DNA of 64,000 nucleotides from a virus: positions 1-64,000 of the IMG/VR virus record IMGVR_UViG_3300021957_000009; one strand, given 5' to 3'. The translations under genes were made by a program, and so were the position numbers. Below, in pieces: positions 37,629 through 46,810 of this stretch. Under the pieces are notes generated by a model. The model was not told where the DNA came from. It made no database searches and saw only the letters and a program-made list of their open reading frames with translations. Position 1 is the first letter of the stretch; each line of letters opens with the position of its first letter.

Positions 37629-38492
37629 TTATACTGTTGTTCTTGTGTATGCTTTAACATGAGTAATTTCCTTAGATGTAGTATTATATACACAGCCCCA
37701 AATAAATAACATTGGCTCTATCGTATCATCATCAGTATCATACGGGAAGGTATAAGAGTTTGCTGTACACCATTCTCGTACTATTGTTGCATCTGCTTGA
37801 AAATAAACATCAACATTTGCATCAACATTATTAGACTTATCATGTATTCTAGCAAAGAATGTGTAACTACATGCAGGTAATAAATCATGTATTTCTTGCC
37901 ATGCATTAATGTCTGTATTTTTCATTTCTTCATCTGAAATTACAAACTTTGCCAAAACTGTTTCAGTTACTGTATCAAATTTAAGGCCGTACCAATCTTT
38001 ATATTCGTTATAAGTTGCGTTGAATGTTGTTTTAATTGTGTCTGTTGGAACATCAAAGTTATAGAATGAGATACTAGGATTACTATCATAAGGTGGTCTT
38101 GCTGCCGTATATTCTGCAACTAGATTCTGATTATTATTATCATAAGAAGCTACTTCATCTGGCCATGTAGCTTCTAATTTAGTTACTATAGCTTGGCCTT
38201 GTGTTGTACCCACAGCATAATCTACTCTTACTGAACTTCCACCCATGTAAGTAGTGTCCATAATTTGAGAAGTATCAATAGTCTCTATCCTTTCTAACTG
38301 AGAGTTTACCGAGCCTATCATTTCGTGATAAGCTTTTAATGCTTTTTTTTCAGACCATGTTTCATCTACTTCGATTCCAGTATTATTTAGCTCTGATGGA
38401 GTTTCTACTAATGCTCCATTACTATCGGTAATTTTAGTAGTAAATCCACTTGGGCTTTCTAAATTTTCTGTGTGTGTATATGTTATAGTCAT
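37629..38492 (-). CDS. Hypothetical protein
   Basis: 287-aa ORF abutting the upstream fibre/adhesin-like gene; no family recognised. Confidence 0.7.
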   Translation of the reverse strand: MTITYTHTENLESPSGFTTKITDSNGALVETPSELNNTGIEVDETWSEKKALKAYHEMIGSVNSQLERIETIDTSQIMDTTYMGGSSVRVDYAVGTTQGQAIVTKLEATWPDEVASYDNNNQNLVAEYTAARPPYDSNPSISFYNFDVPTDTIKTTFNATYNEYKDWYGLKFDTVTETVLAKFVISDEEMKNTDINAWQEIHDLLPACSYTFFARIHDKSNNVDANVDVYFQADATIVREWCTANSYTFPYDTDDDTIEPMLFIWGCVYNTTSKEITHVKAYTRTTV

Positions 38493-39782
38493 TTATTCTA
38501 TCTCTACAAAGGTTGAAGTTGAAGATGTACCAAAATAAGTTGCCAGTGAAAAAGCGTTTGAGTAAGTCCACTGTGCTAAACTCGAGCCGGAGCTGGTATA
38601 AAAAGTAAAAGATGTCCTAGCTAAAGTAAGATCCGGACTTCCACTGTTATTTGTTTGATTTAGCCAAAATTTTATATTAGTCCAACCACTGTTATTAAAT
38701 GTTCCAGTAGAGCTATCTGTTCGCGAAAAGGTGATGCCCATGGTTCCATTGAAATTACGCAAAATCGTAAGATCAACAGTATCACCGTCATATGTAAAAC
38801 TACTTCCGCTCCAGGATCCTTGAGATAGACCATCAACGTACCCGCTATACGCTGGCGAATATTGTGCAGGTGCACTGTAGTAGCTAGTCATTGTTCCGGA
38901 AGTTAGAGCTGTGACTATATCTACCTTTGTTTTACCTAAGAAGTCTGAAAACGCTATTTGTCCACTTGTTGGTATACCCGTTGTGTCATGTAAAGTACCT
39001 CCAGGTGTTCGATAGTAATCTGAAAGAGCAACATTAGAACTATCTGCTCCACCAAACTCTTCTGCAATTCCATTATTAACGGTTGTTGTAACATCAGGCC
39101 CCATAATTTCAAAACCTGATGTGCCAGAAGTATACATACTATCAATCCCGTTATTACTAGTTGTGCTATTATATTCCCATGCCCAAGCGGTGCAACCATT
39201 ACTACTAGAAGAATAGTGAGCGCTACTTCTAGTAAAAGTATAGGCAGTGCCACTACCAGTAAGTATAAGAGATTTAAATGTATTATCAGTATTAGGTACA
39301 CTAGTTCCATTTAATACAAATATTACCCAGTGTCTAGTGTTATTGGGTGAAGGTGAAGACCCAGGATTTCCAAAAATAATTGCTCTAATAGTTCTTGTAT
39401 TACTACTTGCGTCGGTATAGTACGTAGCGCCAATACTTCCAAATGTTGAGGTAGGTTCATAAATAAATGAAGGGATATTGCTCCTTACACCGTTGGCGCC
39501 GATTGGAAGTGAGTCTATCAATAGGCTGAGTATAGGAAGGGAAGTACCACTCATCCACCGTGTACTGACACTGGTACCGCTCTGATAGCCTCCTACTTGG
39601 CCTTGCCATTCCACCTTATTACCAAAAGTATCGCCGCCGGGTAATTCGTATTGGCACGTAACATTAGTATAAGTGTCCTGTCCACGAGTTAAAGCATCGC
39701 TTTCTAATGAATTAGCCGCAGTAGTAGAACTATTAGTTCCAGCGTCTTGTAGTGCTAGAGCTCCGGATGCTAGTAGTGTCAT
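38493..39782 (-). CDS. Putative tail adhesin/receptor-binding protein (S/T/G-rich)
   Basis: Split motif MTL..SGAL.L ... I.EEFGG....LSDYY ... IPTSG.I.FSDF.G, common in marine phage fibre-tip proteins; downstream of a late promoter. Confidence 0.55.
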   Translation of the reverse strand: MTLLASGALALQDAGTNSSTTAANSLESDALTRGQDTYTNVTCQYELPGGDTFGNKVEWQGQVGGYQSGTSVSTRWMSGTSLPILSLLIDSLPIGANGVRSNIPSFIYEPTSTFGSIGATYYTDASSNTRTIRAIIFGNPGSSPSPNNTRHWVIFVLNGTSVPNTDNTFKSLILTGSGTAYTFTRSSAHYSSSSNGCTAWAWEYNSTTSNNGIDSMYTSGTSGFEIMGPDVTTTVNNGIAEEFGGADSSNVALSDYYRTPGGTLHDTTGIPTSGQIAFSDFLGKTKVDIVTALTSGTMTSYYSAPAQYSPAYSGYVDGLSQGSWSGSSFTYDGDTVDLTILRNFNGTMGITFSRTDSSTGTFNNSGWTNIKFWLNQTNNSGSPDLTLARTSFTFYTSSGSSLAQWTYSNAFSLATYFGTSSTSTFVEIE

Positions 39783-40042
39783 TTAATAATCTCCGTAATT
39801 AAATCTTCAAACTGTTCTATTTTAGCCACTCTGTTTGGCCATAGAATATATTCCTTTTCAGGATTCTTTTTTAAATTTGTTAAAAGGGGAAGTATAGAGT
39901 TATAAAGCTTGTTTAGCTTATCCTCTAATTCTTGCGCGGTTGCTGAAGCTGTTGATGCCTCAGTCTTTACTGATTGTACGGCTTCAAGCTCGTTTTCATC
40001 AACGGCTGTAAAACCAAAATCAAAATCTAATAAATCACTCAT
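39779..40042 (-). CDS. Conserved T4-like late hypothetical protein
   Basis: FDFGFTAVDE and I.PLL.NLK.NPEK.YI.WPNR motifs. Confidence 0.8.
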   Translation of the reverse strand: MSDLLDFDFGFTAVDENELEAVQSVKTEASTASATAQELEDKLNKLYNSILPLLTNLKKNPEKEYILWPNRVAKIEQFEDLITEIIK

Positions 40043-40060
40043 ATAATTCTCCTGTACTGT

Positions 40061-40068
40061 TATTTATA
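40061..40068 (-). promoter_or_regulatory. T4-type late promoter TATAAATA
   Basis: Exact motif 18 bp upstream of the 40042 start. Confidence 0.78.
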
Positions 40069-40096
40069 CAAGTTAGAATGCTAAACTACTGATTTA

Positions 40097-40207
40097 TCAG
40101 TCAGAACATTGACGTTGCAGTTCTTTCAGTGTTTCTATGAGTTCTTCTATTGTACTAACATCCTGAGGATTCTCAGTGTCAATTTCTACGTTTATTGTTA
40201 TTTTCAT
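40097..40207 (-). CDS. Small hypothetical protein (36 aa)
   Basis: MKITINVEIDTENPQD...; ATG overlaps the upstream TGA. Confidence 0.55.
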   Translation of the reverse strand: MKITINVEIDTENPQDVSTIEELIETLKELQRQCSD

Positions 40208-40383
40208 AATCCAACTAAAGCCCAGCCATGATTGGCTATAGCGTTGAGTATAATAAACCAACATGTAGCCATATGAGTAAGCCACCAAACAGTCCTAATA
40301 CAAGCAACAATATTAGCTTGCTTATCTGTTTCTCCGACTTTTTCACCTAGACTCTTGGCCCATATTCTCCACCATTTATGCAT
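40204..40383 (-). CDS. Small membrane protein (59 aa)
   Basis: Read manually: MHKWWRIWAKSLGEKVGETDKQANIVACIRTVWW...; WAKSLGEK motif seen in marine T4-like phages. Confidence 0.65.
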   Translation of the reverse strand: MHKWWRIWAKSLGEKVGETDKQANIVACIRTVWWLTHMATCWFIILNAIANHGWALVGL

Positions 40384-40546
40384 TGCCGCGTCTTACTAAT
40401 TCGTTACGAATCTTTTGCTTCTTTTTATTTGGAGTATTATTGCTATCCATTGCAGATAATAGCTCATCTGTAGGAGTTGACTTCATATAAAAGTTTTGAA
40501 CAGATCCATTTCTGTTCTTAATTGTTTCTTTAAATTTTACAGGCAT
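40376..40546 (-). CDS. Small hypothetical protein (56 aa)
   Basis: Read manually: MPVKFKETIKNRNG...KKKQKIRNELVRRG. Confidence 0.6.
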   Translation of the reverse strand: MPVKFKETIKNRNGSVQNFYMKSTPTDELLSAMDSNNTPNKKKQKIRNELVRRGNA

Positions 40547-41140
40547 TTAACTTTCTCCAGTAATGTGATTATATATATGCTTCCATTTCCAGTATCTTGG
40601 AATATCACCATCATAATATGCGTTATGTTCATGAGCAACTAGTATTGAATTAAGTCCAAGCTTCTCACCAACTTCTGCATTTTCAGGTTTATCTTCTACC
40701 CAAAAACATTCCGTGCCTTTATACTTGGCAAGGGCTTCGTCTTTATCAGCGCCACATGGTAGATACACAAACTCATCAAAAATCTCTTTACCGAATAGTA
40801 ATTCAAGGTTTTGGGTTCTTAATCTTTGCGCATACTTATCTTTGCTTAAAGATGTAATGCAGTGGAATCTATATCCATGCAACATGTTAAGTCTTTTGAT
40901 GTAATACACCGCATCTCTTAATGGAGGCAAAAACGCAATAGAAGCCGAATCATTAAATTCTGCTACTACATTTTTTCCAAAATCTCCAGCCAAATTAAAT
41001 CTTTTTGCTACATTATACTGTGTTGAATCTGATGTAGGATAACCTTTATGGTTCATCCATTGTGTGAATGAATATTCCCAATCACATAAAACACCATCAC
41101 AATCTACTAAAATTATGTTCTCTTTCATATTCTCTCTCAA
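40547..41140 (-). CDS. HAD-superfamily phosphatase (5'-nucleotidase / T4 gp30.2-like)
   Basis: ILVDCDGVL motif I; ITS; WVEDK..NA; H..N. Confidence 0.85.
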   Translation of the reverse strand: MRENMKENIILVDCDGVLCDWEYSFTQWMNHKGYPTSDSTQYNVAKRFNLAGDFGKNVVAEFNDSASIAFLPPLRDAVYYIKRLNMLHGYRFHCITSLSKDKYAQRLRTQNLELLFGKEIFDEFVYLPCGADKDEALAKYKGTECFWVEDKPENAEVGEKLGLNSILVAHEHNAYYDGDIPRYWKWKHIYNHITGES

Positions 41141-41358
41141 TGAAACACTCTTTCCTTTCCGTCAATCACTAACTGGTCGACGTGAATATTACCTCTTAAG
41201 TCTATGAATCCTTGGCTAATAATCAACTCACAAAGTTGATCCCAAGCTCCATCGTCTTTAGAGACCGCTAAATCTACCATTTCTTTATTATATAATGGCA
41301 CTTCGACTAGTACATCCTCATTGACAACCAGTCTTCCTTTTATTACATTTTTACTCAT
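41137..41358 (-). CDS. Hypothetical early protein
   Basis: 73 aa; TAAGGA RBS; first gene after the promoter at 41387-41415. Confidence 0.7.
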   Translation of the reverse strand: MSKNVIKGRLVVNEDVLVEVPLYNKEMVDLAVSKDDGAWDQLCELIISQGFIDLRGNIHVDQLVIDGKERVFH

Positions 41359-41386
41359 TTATTTCCTTATCATTTAATATAGGTAT

Positions 41387-41415
41387 ATTATAACACACAA
41401 TAAATGATTTGTACA
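41387..41415 (-). promoter_or_regulatory. Early-type promoter TGTACA-N17-TATAAT
   Basis: -35 at 41410-41415, -10 at 41387-41392, A-rich UP element. Confidence 0.78.
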
Positions 41416-41429
41416 CACTTTTTTGCAAT

Positions 41430-41639
41430 TTATTTAAAATATTTTTCTAGCATGTTATACTTATCAACGTACTCAGCCATCATTCCAAGCTCTTTTTCAA
41501 GAGTTTCCATTTGATCTGAATGCTCTCCGACTGATACCTGATTACTCAAAATAATGTCAGCGTTCATTTGATGCTTTGCTGCTTGCGCTTGCATATATGC
41601 CATAGATGTTTTTACCATCTGATCTCTAAAATTTCTCAT
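41430..41639 (-). CDS. Conserved small hypothetical protein
   Basis: KH..N....L.N.V.VGEHSD..E..EKEL motif. Start set at ATG 41639 after GGGAG. Confidence 0.7.
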   Translation of the reverse strand: MRNFRDQMVKTSMAYMQAQAAKHQMNADIILSNQVSVGEHSDQMETLEKELGMMAEYVDKYNMLEKYFK

Positions 41640-41640
41640 A

Positions 41641-42324
41641 TTATCTCCCAAATAATTTTCTACGTTTGTATTCTGCTATTGTATCCAATAGCTTTGTTGT
41701 CCAGTTATCGCGGTGCTCGATAAATACTTGAGCTCCTTGATCACCTGCGATTAAGGTTACCAGTTGTGTAATAGGCATACCTGTTCTTTCTTCCCACATA
41801 ATCGCATATGCAGTTTCTTGAGTAAAGTAACCTTCACAATACTCTTTCTTCTTAGGTTTTGCTGAGGTTTTATAATCGATGATGGATGGTTTACCATTCC
41901 ATACACCAACACAATCCACTCTTCCTGCTACACCTAAATGCTCAGAATAAAGAGCAGCTTCTTGAGCGTAAACCGTTGTAAGGTTCTTATCAAGAATATC
42001 TTTTACTTCCATAAAGTTTGACTTAACAACAAGATTAGCATCTTGAAAATAGTCTTCTTCATTATCAACGTATCTTTCTAAGACTTCATGAACCGCTGTT
42101 CCACGTGTTGAAGCTCGATGAGAAACTCTATTGGCTTCTTCGTCTCCGACACGTGCTCTCCATCTTTGTATAGCTTCTTCGCTTAAGATTGAAAGTACTG
42201 TTGTAATAGAAGGATACTTAACACCATTAGGGGCGGCATATTTTCTGCCAGTATCAGTAGTGTTTGCCACCATGTCATCGTAGCCAAGATTAATTGATTC
42301 ATGTTTAAAGTTTCCTATTTTCAT
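41641..42324 (-). CDS. PD-(D/E)XK exonuclease (Cas4/RecB-like)
   Basis: YPSITTVL; RGT.VH; E..LYS..L..AGRVDC; IIDYKTS; Q..AYA.M.EE. Confidence 0.88.
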   Translation of the reverse strand: MKIGNFKHESINLGYDDMVANTTDTGRKYAAPNGVKYPSITTVLSILSEEAIQRWRARVGDEEANRVSHRASTRGTAVHEVLERYVDNEEDYFQDANLVVKSNFMEVKDILDKNLTTVYAQEAALYSEHLGVAGRVDCVGVWNGKPSIIDYKTSAKPKKKEYCEGYFTQETAYAIMWEERTGMPITQLVTLIAGDQGAQVFIEHRDNWTTKLLDTIAEYKRRKLFGR

Positions 42325-42988
42325 ATAATTCCTTTGTCATAATAAAGTCTCTTACAAATCCGCTTCGAACAATGTCTTCCCATTTAAATTCGATGTGATC
42401 AAAAGAGTTCATGTGTTGAATGATATTAATAAATTCTTTAATACCATCTTGATCACCCTTTCGAGTGAAGTCTGATTGATAATAATCACCAGACATAATA
42501 AATCTACAGTCTTCTCCAAGACGTGTAATTACAGAGCATAGTTCATGATAGTTACAGTTTTGTGACTCATCAACTATTACTATAGCATTTTTAATTGTAA
42601 TTCCTCTTATAAAAGAAGTAGTTAAAAACTCTATGGTCTTTCCTGAAGTTAGCTTTGTCCACGCTTCTTGATCTAAAAATAAATCGTTTACAATTGCTTT
42701 ATAAGGCGCAGTGTATGCATCTTCTTTTTCTTCCTGAGTTCCTGGTAAAAATCCCATGTCCCTTGTAGGAACAGCAGATCTTACAATGATTACTTTTTCA
42801 TAATCTTTATTAAGTACTGCTTCTAACGCAAGATAAAGCGATATAAACGTTTTACCAGTTCCGGCTGAACCATCTAAACATAAATGGTTACCTGAAGCAA
42901 AAGAATCAAAAGCTAATTTTTGATTTGCAGTCAATGGCTCTAGCTTTGTTAAATGCTCTAGCTTTAAACGTAAAGGTCTCTTATTCAT
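42305..42988 (-). CDS. phoH: PhoH-like ATPase
   Basis: GSAGTGKT Walker A; GFLPG...EK; FIRG.T; IVDESQN; ITR.G; DIVRSG.V. Confidence 0.92.
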   Translation of the reverse strand: MNKRPLRLKLEHLTKLEPLTANQKLAFDSFASGNHLCLDGSAGTGKTFISLYLALEAVLNKDYEKVIIVRSAVPTRDMGFLPGTQEEKEDAYTAPYKAIVNDLFLDQEAWTKLTSGKTIEFLTTSFIRGITIKNAIVIVDESQNCNYHELCSVITRLGEDCRFIMSGDYYQSDFTRKGDQDGIKEFINIIQHMNSFDHIEFKWEDIVRSGFVRDFIMTKELYENRKL

Positions 42989-43227
42989 TTTGTATCAATG
43001 TTTCCTCTTAATGAAGGTGGTAACCCACTCTTAATTCTTTGCTGAACTTCTTTCCAACCATCGCCAGCCTTTCGGCCAACTGATCCAGACACTTCACCAA
43101 TGATCTTTGGTGCACCAACAACTTGTTGAATGTTTGGATCTTTGACATACTCTTGCATGTCAGCAATAGACATCATCTTAGTTTCTATGTTACCTGTTTC
43201 TAAATTTTTAAAATCATACAATGGCAT
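42985..43227 (-). CDS. FmdB-like small protein
   Basis: MP.YDF.N.ETG N-terminus; GWKEV..RI. Confidence 0.7.
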   Translation of the reverse strand: MPLYDFKNLETGNIETKMMSIADMQEYVKDPNIQQVVGAPKIIGEVSGSVGRKAGDGWKEVQQRIKSGLPPSLRGNIDTK

Positions 43228-43783
43228 TAAACCACTCCGGTTGTTTACGTTTAGTCCAAAGCATTTTGAACCTATCTTGTTTTGTTTGATAGAAATTTTG
43301 ATAAGATTTTACTGCATCAGTACCACCTAATCCATGCACAATACATTCAGGATTTGAACTCATAGCTAACTTAAACGGAGTTCTCCCGCTTGTACGTACA
43401 ATATTATCTGGTAAATTTTTAAGTATCTTTCTTAGCTTAATATCTGTCGCATGTATCTTATCATATCTATAAGAATATTCGTCGCATAGTGCTATAAAAT
43501 GATTATAGTGCCATGTGTAATTACAACAACTTTCACGTGACCATACTGTAGATGGATGATTATAGTGACATGCCTTATATAAGATATCTTCTCTTTCATC
43601 ATCCAGCTTAAAATATTGTAACATAGAACCAGACTTTGAAGGTCTACGCTCCATAGTTCCATCAACCATACGATGCACCGTCGATAACATTTGTGCCGAC
43701 TCTACAATCATTTTGACCACGTGTTTATCACATTGCTCTTGTGCTGCAATTATTGGGTCTTCATTTAATACAAATATATTCAT
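43214..43783 (-). CDS. Pyrimidine dimer DNA glycosylase/DenV-like protein
   Basis: MNIF.L..DP..AA...CDKHVVKMI.ESAQMLST.H; H.NHPS..W; L..EY..RY.K.H. Confidence 0.75.
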   Translation of the reverse strand: MNIFVLNEDPIIAAQEQCDKHVVKMIVESAQMLSTVHRMVDGTMERRPSKSGSMLQYFKLDDEREDILYKACHYNHPSTVWSRESCCNYTWHYNHFIALCDEYSYRYDKIHATDIKLRKILKNLPDNIVRTSGRTPFKLAMSSNPECIVHGLGGTDAVKSYQNFYQTKQDRFKMLWTKRKQPEWFNAIV

Positions 43784-43825
43784 AATGTAACTCGCTTGGT
43801 TTACTTTTTTCGCGTTTAGAGTATT

Positions 43826-43855
43826 ATTATACTACATATCTGACGAAAAGTAAAC
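43826..43855 (-). promoter_or_regulatory. Early-type promoter GTTTACT-N17-TATAAT
   Basis: -35 at 43849-43855, -10 at 43826-43831. Confidence 0.7.
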
Positions 43856-43885
43856 CCCTTTTTGAAACTATTTTCGCCAAGGGGT
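43846..43885 (-). terminator. Possible intrinsic terminator overlapping the -35 box
   Basis: ACCCCTT...AAGGGGT stem followed by TTACTTTT on the minus strand, just after the 43892 stop. Confidence 0.4.
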
Positions 43886-43891
43886 CATTGC

Positions 43892-44062
43892 TTATTGTAA
43901 CTTGTTTATTGCCTCCATATCATTTAGGAAATGATTTAAATGCGCGATCTTTTTTTCCATCTTGTACGCTAGCACATCTTTTCCTTTTTTTATTAACTTC
44001 TTCTGATAGTATAGTGCCTCGTTTCTGTCTTTCTTTAGGCGTTCAATTTGAATATAACTCAT
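43892..44062 (-). CDS. Small hypothetical protein
   Basis: MSYIQIERLKKD...; GGAG RBS upstream of ATG 44062. Confidence 0.6.
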   Translation of the reverse strand: MSYIQIERLKKDRNEALYYQKKLIKKGKDVLAYKMEKKIAHLNHFLNDMEAINKLQ

Positions 44063-44127
44063 AAGCAATCTCCGGGTTAAGTGAATTGAAAAAACTATCA
44101 TGATATAGATTGTATCGTTAGGCTCTC

Positions 44128-44547
44128 CTATTTAGATATCAAGTTTGGAAATGCGGCTTTAACTAATGTCTTTGTAATGTACTTGTATTTTAAGTTTTTA
44201 TCTTTGGCATTACAGAAAAGAACTGCATCTTCCGGGTGAACAGATTCGAGCAAGTCGATGAAGACTGTCTCGCGTTTAAATTGGTTTAGGTTCGGCGAAG
44301 CGGCCTTTACGAAGTTTCTAAACTTAGGATATTCAAACCTGAGTTCTAGTAGAGTTCCTTTTACATCGGCCTTTTTGAAAGGTGGTTCACCTTCTGGTAA
44401 CGACAGTTCTATGGCATCATCTAAGCCAATACGTAGAATGTCTTTTAGAGCAGTACAATCGTGCTCCTGTAAATAAGCGATCCTTTTTTCTTTAGATCCT
44501 AGTTTGTTGGCAGCTGCCAATATTTCTGATATTAATGGTTTATCCAT
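44128..44547 (-). CDS. Conserved T4-like hypothetical protein
   Basis: LPEGEPPFK, KRE..FI.LLE..HP.DA motifs; follows rnh as in other T4-like genomes. Confidence 0.75.
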   Translation of the reverse strand: MDKPLISEILAAANKLGSKEKRIAYLQEHDCTALKDILRIGLDDAIELSLPEGEPPFKKADVKGTLLELRFEYPKFRNFVKAASPNLNQFKRETVFIDLLESVHPEDAVLFCNAKDKNLKYKYITKTLVKAAFPNLISK

Positions 44548-45394
44548 TATAAAATTCCTCCACACTTTCAATCAATAGATTGCATCTTTTTTTAATTAAA
44601 TAGTTTAACACTTTCATTTTCATTGGGACTTTTTGTCCGTTAAAAGTATTTATAACCTCGCTCTGAATAGATTCTGGTATTTCGTTTAGATCTATCAATG
44701 TTTTATTTCGTTGATAGTTTCTATACTCTTCCTCTGTCATAACTTCTTTTAAGTTATCTGAATTTTCAGCCCAATGTTGTATTTTCTTTTTAGTCATTGG
44801 TGACTGTCTAATCTCATCGATGATAGCGTTATCAGGAGATAAGATGTTAGGAATACCATCACCTTTATCACCTTTACATATATGCTCAAAGCAATACGTC
44901 CTAGGATTAGGATCAGATACCATTTTCTTTTGAATTGGTGAAAACTGTTTAACGTTAGTGTATTTGTGGAGTTGAATAAAGTCCTTATCCGAAGAGATAA
45001 TCATAACTGGTTCGTGTTGACCAAATTCTTGAGTTTGCATTGCGAGTGTTCCAATAACATCATCGGCCTCACAACCTTCTAAATGAATAACCTTATATGG
45101 AAGGTTTTCTCTAATTTCTTCTCTAACCAAATTTAAAATCCTAAATATTTCAGGCCAATCTTGATCTGATTCAGATCTATTCTTTTTACGATGAGCTTTA
45201 TACAAAGGAAAATAATCTTTTCTCCATGTATTCATTCCATCGGCACAAATTACCATTTGTCCGTATTCATTACGATATTTTTTGTTGTACATACGAATAC
45301 TATTAAGGATCATATGTCGTATCATATTCTCATCATTAAGTTTCTGTACTATAATATTTGATAGCGCTATCTGGCTATAGTCAAGTAAAATCAT
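44540..45394 (-). CDS. rnh: T4-type RNase H (5'-3' exonuclease, FEN family)
   Basis: MIL.D.SQI; WRK..FP.YK..R; EADDVIG; SSDKDF.QL; GD.GDGIPN.LS; RN..LIDL..IP. Confidence 0.92.
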   Translation of the reverse strand: MILLDYSQIALSNIIVQKLNDENMIRHMILNSIRMYNKKYRNEYGQMVICADGMNTWRKDYFPLYKAHRKKNRSESDQDWPEIFRILNLVREEIRENLPYKVIHLEGCEADDVIGTLAMQTQEFGQHEPVMIISSDKDFIQLHKYTNVKQFSPIQKKMVSDPNPRTYCFEHICKGDKGDGIPNILSPDNAIIDEIRQSPMTKKKIQHWAENSDNLKEVMTEEEYRNYQRNKTLIDLNEIPESIQSEVINTFNGQKVPMKMKVLNYLIKKRCNLLIESVEEFYNG

Positions 45395-45723
45395 TCTTTC
45401 GCTTCCATTATTTGTTCATATATTACGTCAAAGTTGTCATGTAAAAAATGACTTGCTCCGCCGTATCTCATTAACATCGAAGATATCATATTTATGATTA
45501 CGAACATGTCCCTTGATTCAGGTAATGACGAATCTCTAAAATCGATATATTCGAATGAGCTACTATCGTTTAATAATAGCTCTTCAATCATTAACAGTAT
45601 AACCTGAGAAGTATCTTTACATTCTTCAGTGAACGCTTCGTATTCTTCTCTTTCATACTCAAGCTCGTCTTCGATCTGTTGTATTCTTTCCTTAATAGGA
45701 AATTGAATTATATTGTCTTTCAT
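45391..45723 (-). CDS. Hypothetical protein
   Basis: 110 aa; NIIQFP N-terminus; follows an early promoter, probably as a leaderless transcript. Confidence 0.7.
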   Translation of the reverse strand: MKDNIIQFPIKERIQQIEDELEYEREEYEAFTEECKDTSQVILLMIEELLLNDSSSFEYIDFRDSSLPESRDMFVIINMISSMLMRYGGASHFLHDNFDVIYEQIMEAKE

Positions 45724-45731
45724 ATGTATAT

Positions 45732-45760
45732 ATTATAACACGCTTTTTAAGAAATGTACA
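45732..45760 (-). promoter_or_regulatory. Early-type promoter TGTACA-N17-TATAAT
   Basis: -35 at 45755-45760, -10 at 45732-45737; ATG only 8 bp downstream. Confidence 0.75.
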
Positions 45761-45768
45761 CAGTTTTT

Positions 45769-46374
45769 TTAATAATTTCCTGAGGCTAATACGATCTTAC
45801 ATATATGATCTAACCTTTCAACGTGCTCAAATGCTCTCCATGGGGTTTCGTCAATTGCCACAACGCCGTGGCCCTTAATACCTATAACATCAAAAAAGCA
45901 GGTTCCATCTTCCTGTAAACCTAATCTTTTAAATGTTTCATCTGCCAATTCTTGGCTTATTGGTGGAACATCTGGAACATTCTCAGCAACTCTTGAGTAT
46001 CTACCAAGTTCCGGGAATAATAGTACCAGATTATTTAATTGAATTCCAGCATGCATAGCCGCTACGATATACGTTGGATGTGTGTGTAACACTACTCGAG
46101 TATCTGTTGGAATGTTTTTTTGTAAGCCCCAGTGCAAAGGCAATTCACCTGTAGCTTTTAGGCCGGATGCGATATCAGTGAAATACATCTCTTCACAATC
46201 ATCGACTTTTAATTTTTTAAACATGTCGTATTGAATGACAGGTTTTCTAATGCCCGAAGGCGTAACATAGAAGTGATCTCTATCAGCATGTCGTATAGAC
46301 ACGTTACCATCTCTTGTACTTATCATACCTTTATCGTATGAATGCTTCATCACTTCACATATTGTTTCTAACAT
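45769..46374 (-). CDS. Class II aldolase/adducin family protein
   Basis: DGNVSIR; TPSG..K; E..LH; VLHTHP; GHGVV metal-binding motifs. Confidence 0.88.
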   Translation of the reverse strand: MLETICEVMKHSYDKGMISTRDGNVSIRHADRDHFYVTPSGIRKPVIQYDMFKKLKVDDCEEMYFTDIASGLKATGELPLHWGLQKNIPTDTRVVLHTHPTYIVAAMHAGIQLNNLVLLFPELGRYSRVAENVPDVPPISQELADETFKRLGLQEDGTCFFDVIGIKGHGVVAIDETPWRAFEHVERLDHICKIVLASGNY

Positions 46375-46383
46375 AATATATCC

Positions 46384-46806
46384 TTATTTAATTTTTTTAA
46401 TTGCGTTACCACCAAGTCGTATTTGAATAATACCATTATAATAATCATCCGTCAACAACACTTCTCTATCGAATTGCTCTTTAGCTTCCATGTATGAGCA
46501 TTCGCCTTTTGTTTTGCAGAGGTGCAATATCTCTCTGTAAAACGTATCTGGACCCATCTTTTCAACATCTTCGTTTAGATGTTTATTTGATCCATAATAA
46601 CTTTTCCAATCAGACTCAACTAACGTTTTCTTTCGGCGTTTTCGAGTCTTCGTTATCGGCAATGTTTTTTGACTCCAAAAAAACTTCTTGCCTATGTATT
46701 TCCGACCCGTTGCTCGATTCGTTATCATGTATACAAAGCCATACACGTCTTTGTGATTGAACTCTTCGGGTTCCTGCCATTCTGTGCCTTGATAATGCCA
46801 CGTCAT
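46384..46806 (-). CDS. GIY-YIG nuclease family protein
   Basis: GFVY.ITN...GRKYIGKK; ESDW..YYGS; F.REIL; E...QF...VL..D.YYN. Confidence 0.85.
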   Translation of the reverse strand: MTWHYQGTEWQEPEEFNHKDVYGFVYMITNRATGRKYIGKKFFWSQKTLPITKTRKRRKKTLVESDWKSYYGSNKHLNEDVEKMGPDTFYREILHLCKTKGECSYMEAKEQFDREVLLTDDYYNGIIQIRLGGNAIKKIK

Positions 46807-46810
46807 ATCC

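Noticed and set aside
41641-42324. Cas4-like nuclease as evidence of a CRISPR system
   Set aside because: It is a stand-alone PD-(D/E)XK exonuclease usual beside phoH in T4-like phages, with no array or other cas genes.
46384-46806. GIY-YIG gene as a mobile homing endonuclease or intron
   Set aside because: It is only 140 aa with no DNA-binding tail and interrupts no gene; nrdA and nrdB are continuous, with no intron or intein.
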